Assembly (NCBI GenBank): GCA_024704765.1
Contig: JAKMXF010000328.1
Location: 185,260 to 249,259, forward strand
Length of the DNA stretch: 64,000 bases
Source: Oopsacas minuta
Taxonomy: Eukaryota > Animalia > Porifera
Reading direction: 5' to 3'
This document shows, piece by piece, positions 62,481-64,000 of this stretch. The translations under genes and the position numbers were made by a program. Below the pieces are notes generated by a model, which was given only the letters and a program-made list of their open reading frames with translations, was not told the origin of the DNA and did not search any database. The first letter of the stretch is position 1. Every line of letters starts with the position of its first letter.

Positions 62481-63398
62481 ATTTTGTATTTCAAGTAATG
62501 GTTACAATTATATTCCAAATACTGTACATGTATATATTTATATCCTAACCTGTAACAATGTTCCCAGTTGGCTTTAGTCTTCTTGTAAATATAATTATTA
62601 GTACTAATCGAGAGTTTATATGTCACGGCCGAAATGAGTACAAGACAAGTTTCAGCCAAGTTAAGTACTCATTTTGGCCTAGGCTAAATTGAGTATGATC
62701 GGATCTATCAACTTATTAACTCGTCTACAATATAGACAACCTATCAACTGGTCTAATCAGCTCAAGGTTAATTTCGTTTTGAGAGAAGTAAAACGGTTGC
62801 TAAATACATGAAGCAAGGTTGTACTTTCTAAGGACCTCGATGAAAAACCATAGTTATTATACTTCTTACATTCGACTGCTTCGTATGACTCGAGTCTTAT
62901 ATTTCAGATTATATAGCTTAAAACATTCAGATGTATTCCCAACTATTACGTATGTTGATAGGTTACGTAAATTTCTTTAAATGTGATTAATTAAATCAAT
63001 AACATTTAACAAAGCATTTATAGATTGAGACAAGAATTATTCATAACAATTGTGAAACTGTTATGACTAAACTGGGACGAAAGACTAAAAGAGTTAGAAC
63101 AAGTAGTCATTTTATCCAAATATAGATTTGGGGTGGCGTAAGTAAACCATTTTGAATACTGCGATAACCTCAGTCACATTGTCCCGTAATAATTGTATTG
63201 AAATACATACGTGGTATGAAGATTGGACTTATGAATATTCAATATATCAAAATAGATGAGTATTTTGCTCTTTCATTATTCATTTGTTGTAACAACATTA
63301 AAATGGAAACCAAGAGAAGAGTTATAACGTGTTACTTTACGCGATAAAAAACAGTCATACTCTTTAGTCTTATGAAATAGTCTAGTATTATACTAGGC

Positions 63399-64000
63399 CA
63401 GTGGTTCTCAAACTGTTTCTCATTGCGTACCCCTCAAGCTGGATCTTGTGTGTGATGTACCCCTTAAAATAGCCTGCATTGTAAATATTAGATTTACTAT
63501 GAAAAATAAAAGTGTGTTTTATTCTAGCAATATAAATAAAGTGCATAATTAATTAGTAGGAAGGATGTGCTTGCATGTTGTATATTAGGCTATCAATTCG
63601 TGGCACCGTTTTTGCAAGGGCCAGACGGAGATCAGCTGCCACAAACAACCGCGCTCGAAATTTGTTTTTAATTAGTAATAGCGCTGAAAATCCTTGTTCA
63701 CAAAGGTAAGTACTGGGAAACATCAACAAGGTTTTTACTACTCTATCTGCCACGTTGGGCTATATCAAGCTCATTTCGCACCAGAACTTTGTGAGTGCGA
63801 GTGTTTCAAATTGATGTCGGGCATTAGAATCATTGACTAATTCAACAAATTCCTCTTGCACTCTATCTGGTATAGAACTTACGTCGCAACAAAAATGGAT
63901 TTCGAATCATTTTCATGTCCAGGTCGCTCAGATCTGGGAAGTAAGTTGGAAATTCATTTTGCAATGCTGAGAGGTGAGCCTCTTACTAGTGCACCTGTAC
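63399..64000 (-). mobile_element. 3' end of a Buster-type hAT transposon, running off the window
   Basis: ORF 63553-63753 FPSTYLCEQGFSAL..IKNKFRARL..DLRLAL..PRI..QAHPSY; terminus CAGTGGTTCTCAAAC at 63399; flank TACTAGGC fits nnnTAnnn. Confidence 0.9.

Noticed and set aside
49279-63431. Two identical Buster-type ends as a composite transposon carrying the oxidoreductase
   Set aside because: The ends point away from the intervening DNA and are the same (3') end, so they do not bracket it as a mobile unit.

Overview
AT-rich eukaryotic (animal-like) genomic DNA, mostly decayed and nested transposable elements. About a dozen groups are recognisable: hAT (ZMYM1-type and Buster-type), mariner DD34D, Tc1-like DD37E, maT-like, pogo/Tigger, Ginger1, Chapaev, Chapaev3, Transib, MULE (NOF-like and FLYWCH-type), Sola-like, Helitron and Ty3/Gypsy. 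Many can be delimited exactly by terminal inverted repeats (TIRs) and target-site duplications (TSDs). Only two intact host genes are supported, both with uninterrupted coding regions: an SRSF2/SC35-like splicing factor (18156-18902, +) and a Gfo/Idh/MocA oxidoreductase resembling a mainly fungal subfamily (50035-51177, +). A p38-like MAP kinase pseudogene can be rebuilt across a hAT insertion. The most notable signal is that transposases of two unrelated superfamilies carry C-terminal papain-fold, deubiquitinase-like domains. There are four OTU-like domains (one in a Ginger1, three in copies of one NOF-like MULE family) and one candidate USP-like domain in a second Ginger1; three of the five are absent or fragmentary in the ORF track. 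No prokaryotic features, CRISPR arrays, rRNA or tRNA genes were seen. Host identity cannot be read from the sequence; an intron-poor, TE-rich invertebrate such as a glass sponge is only a guess. All family assignments come from motif recognition by eye, not from database searches.
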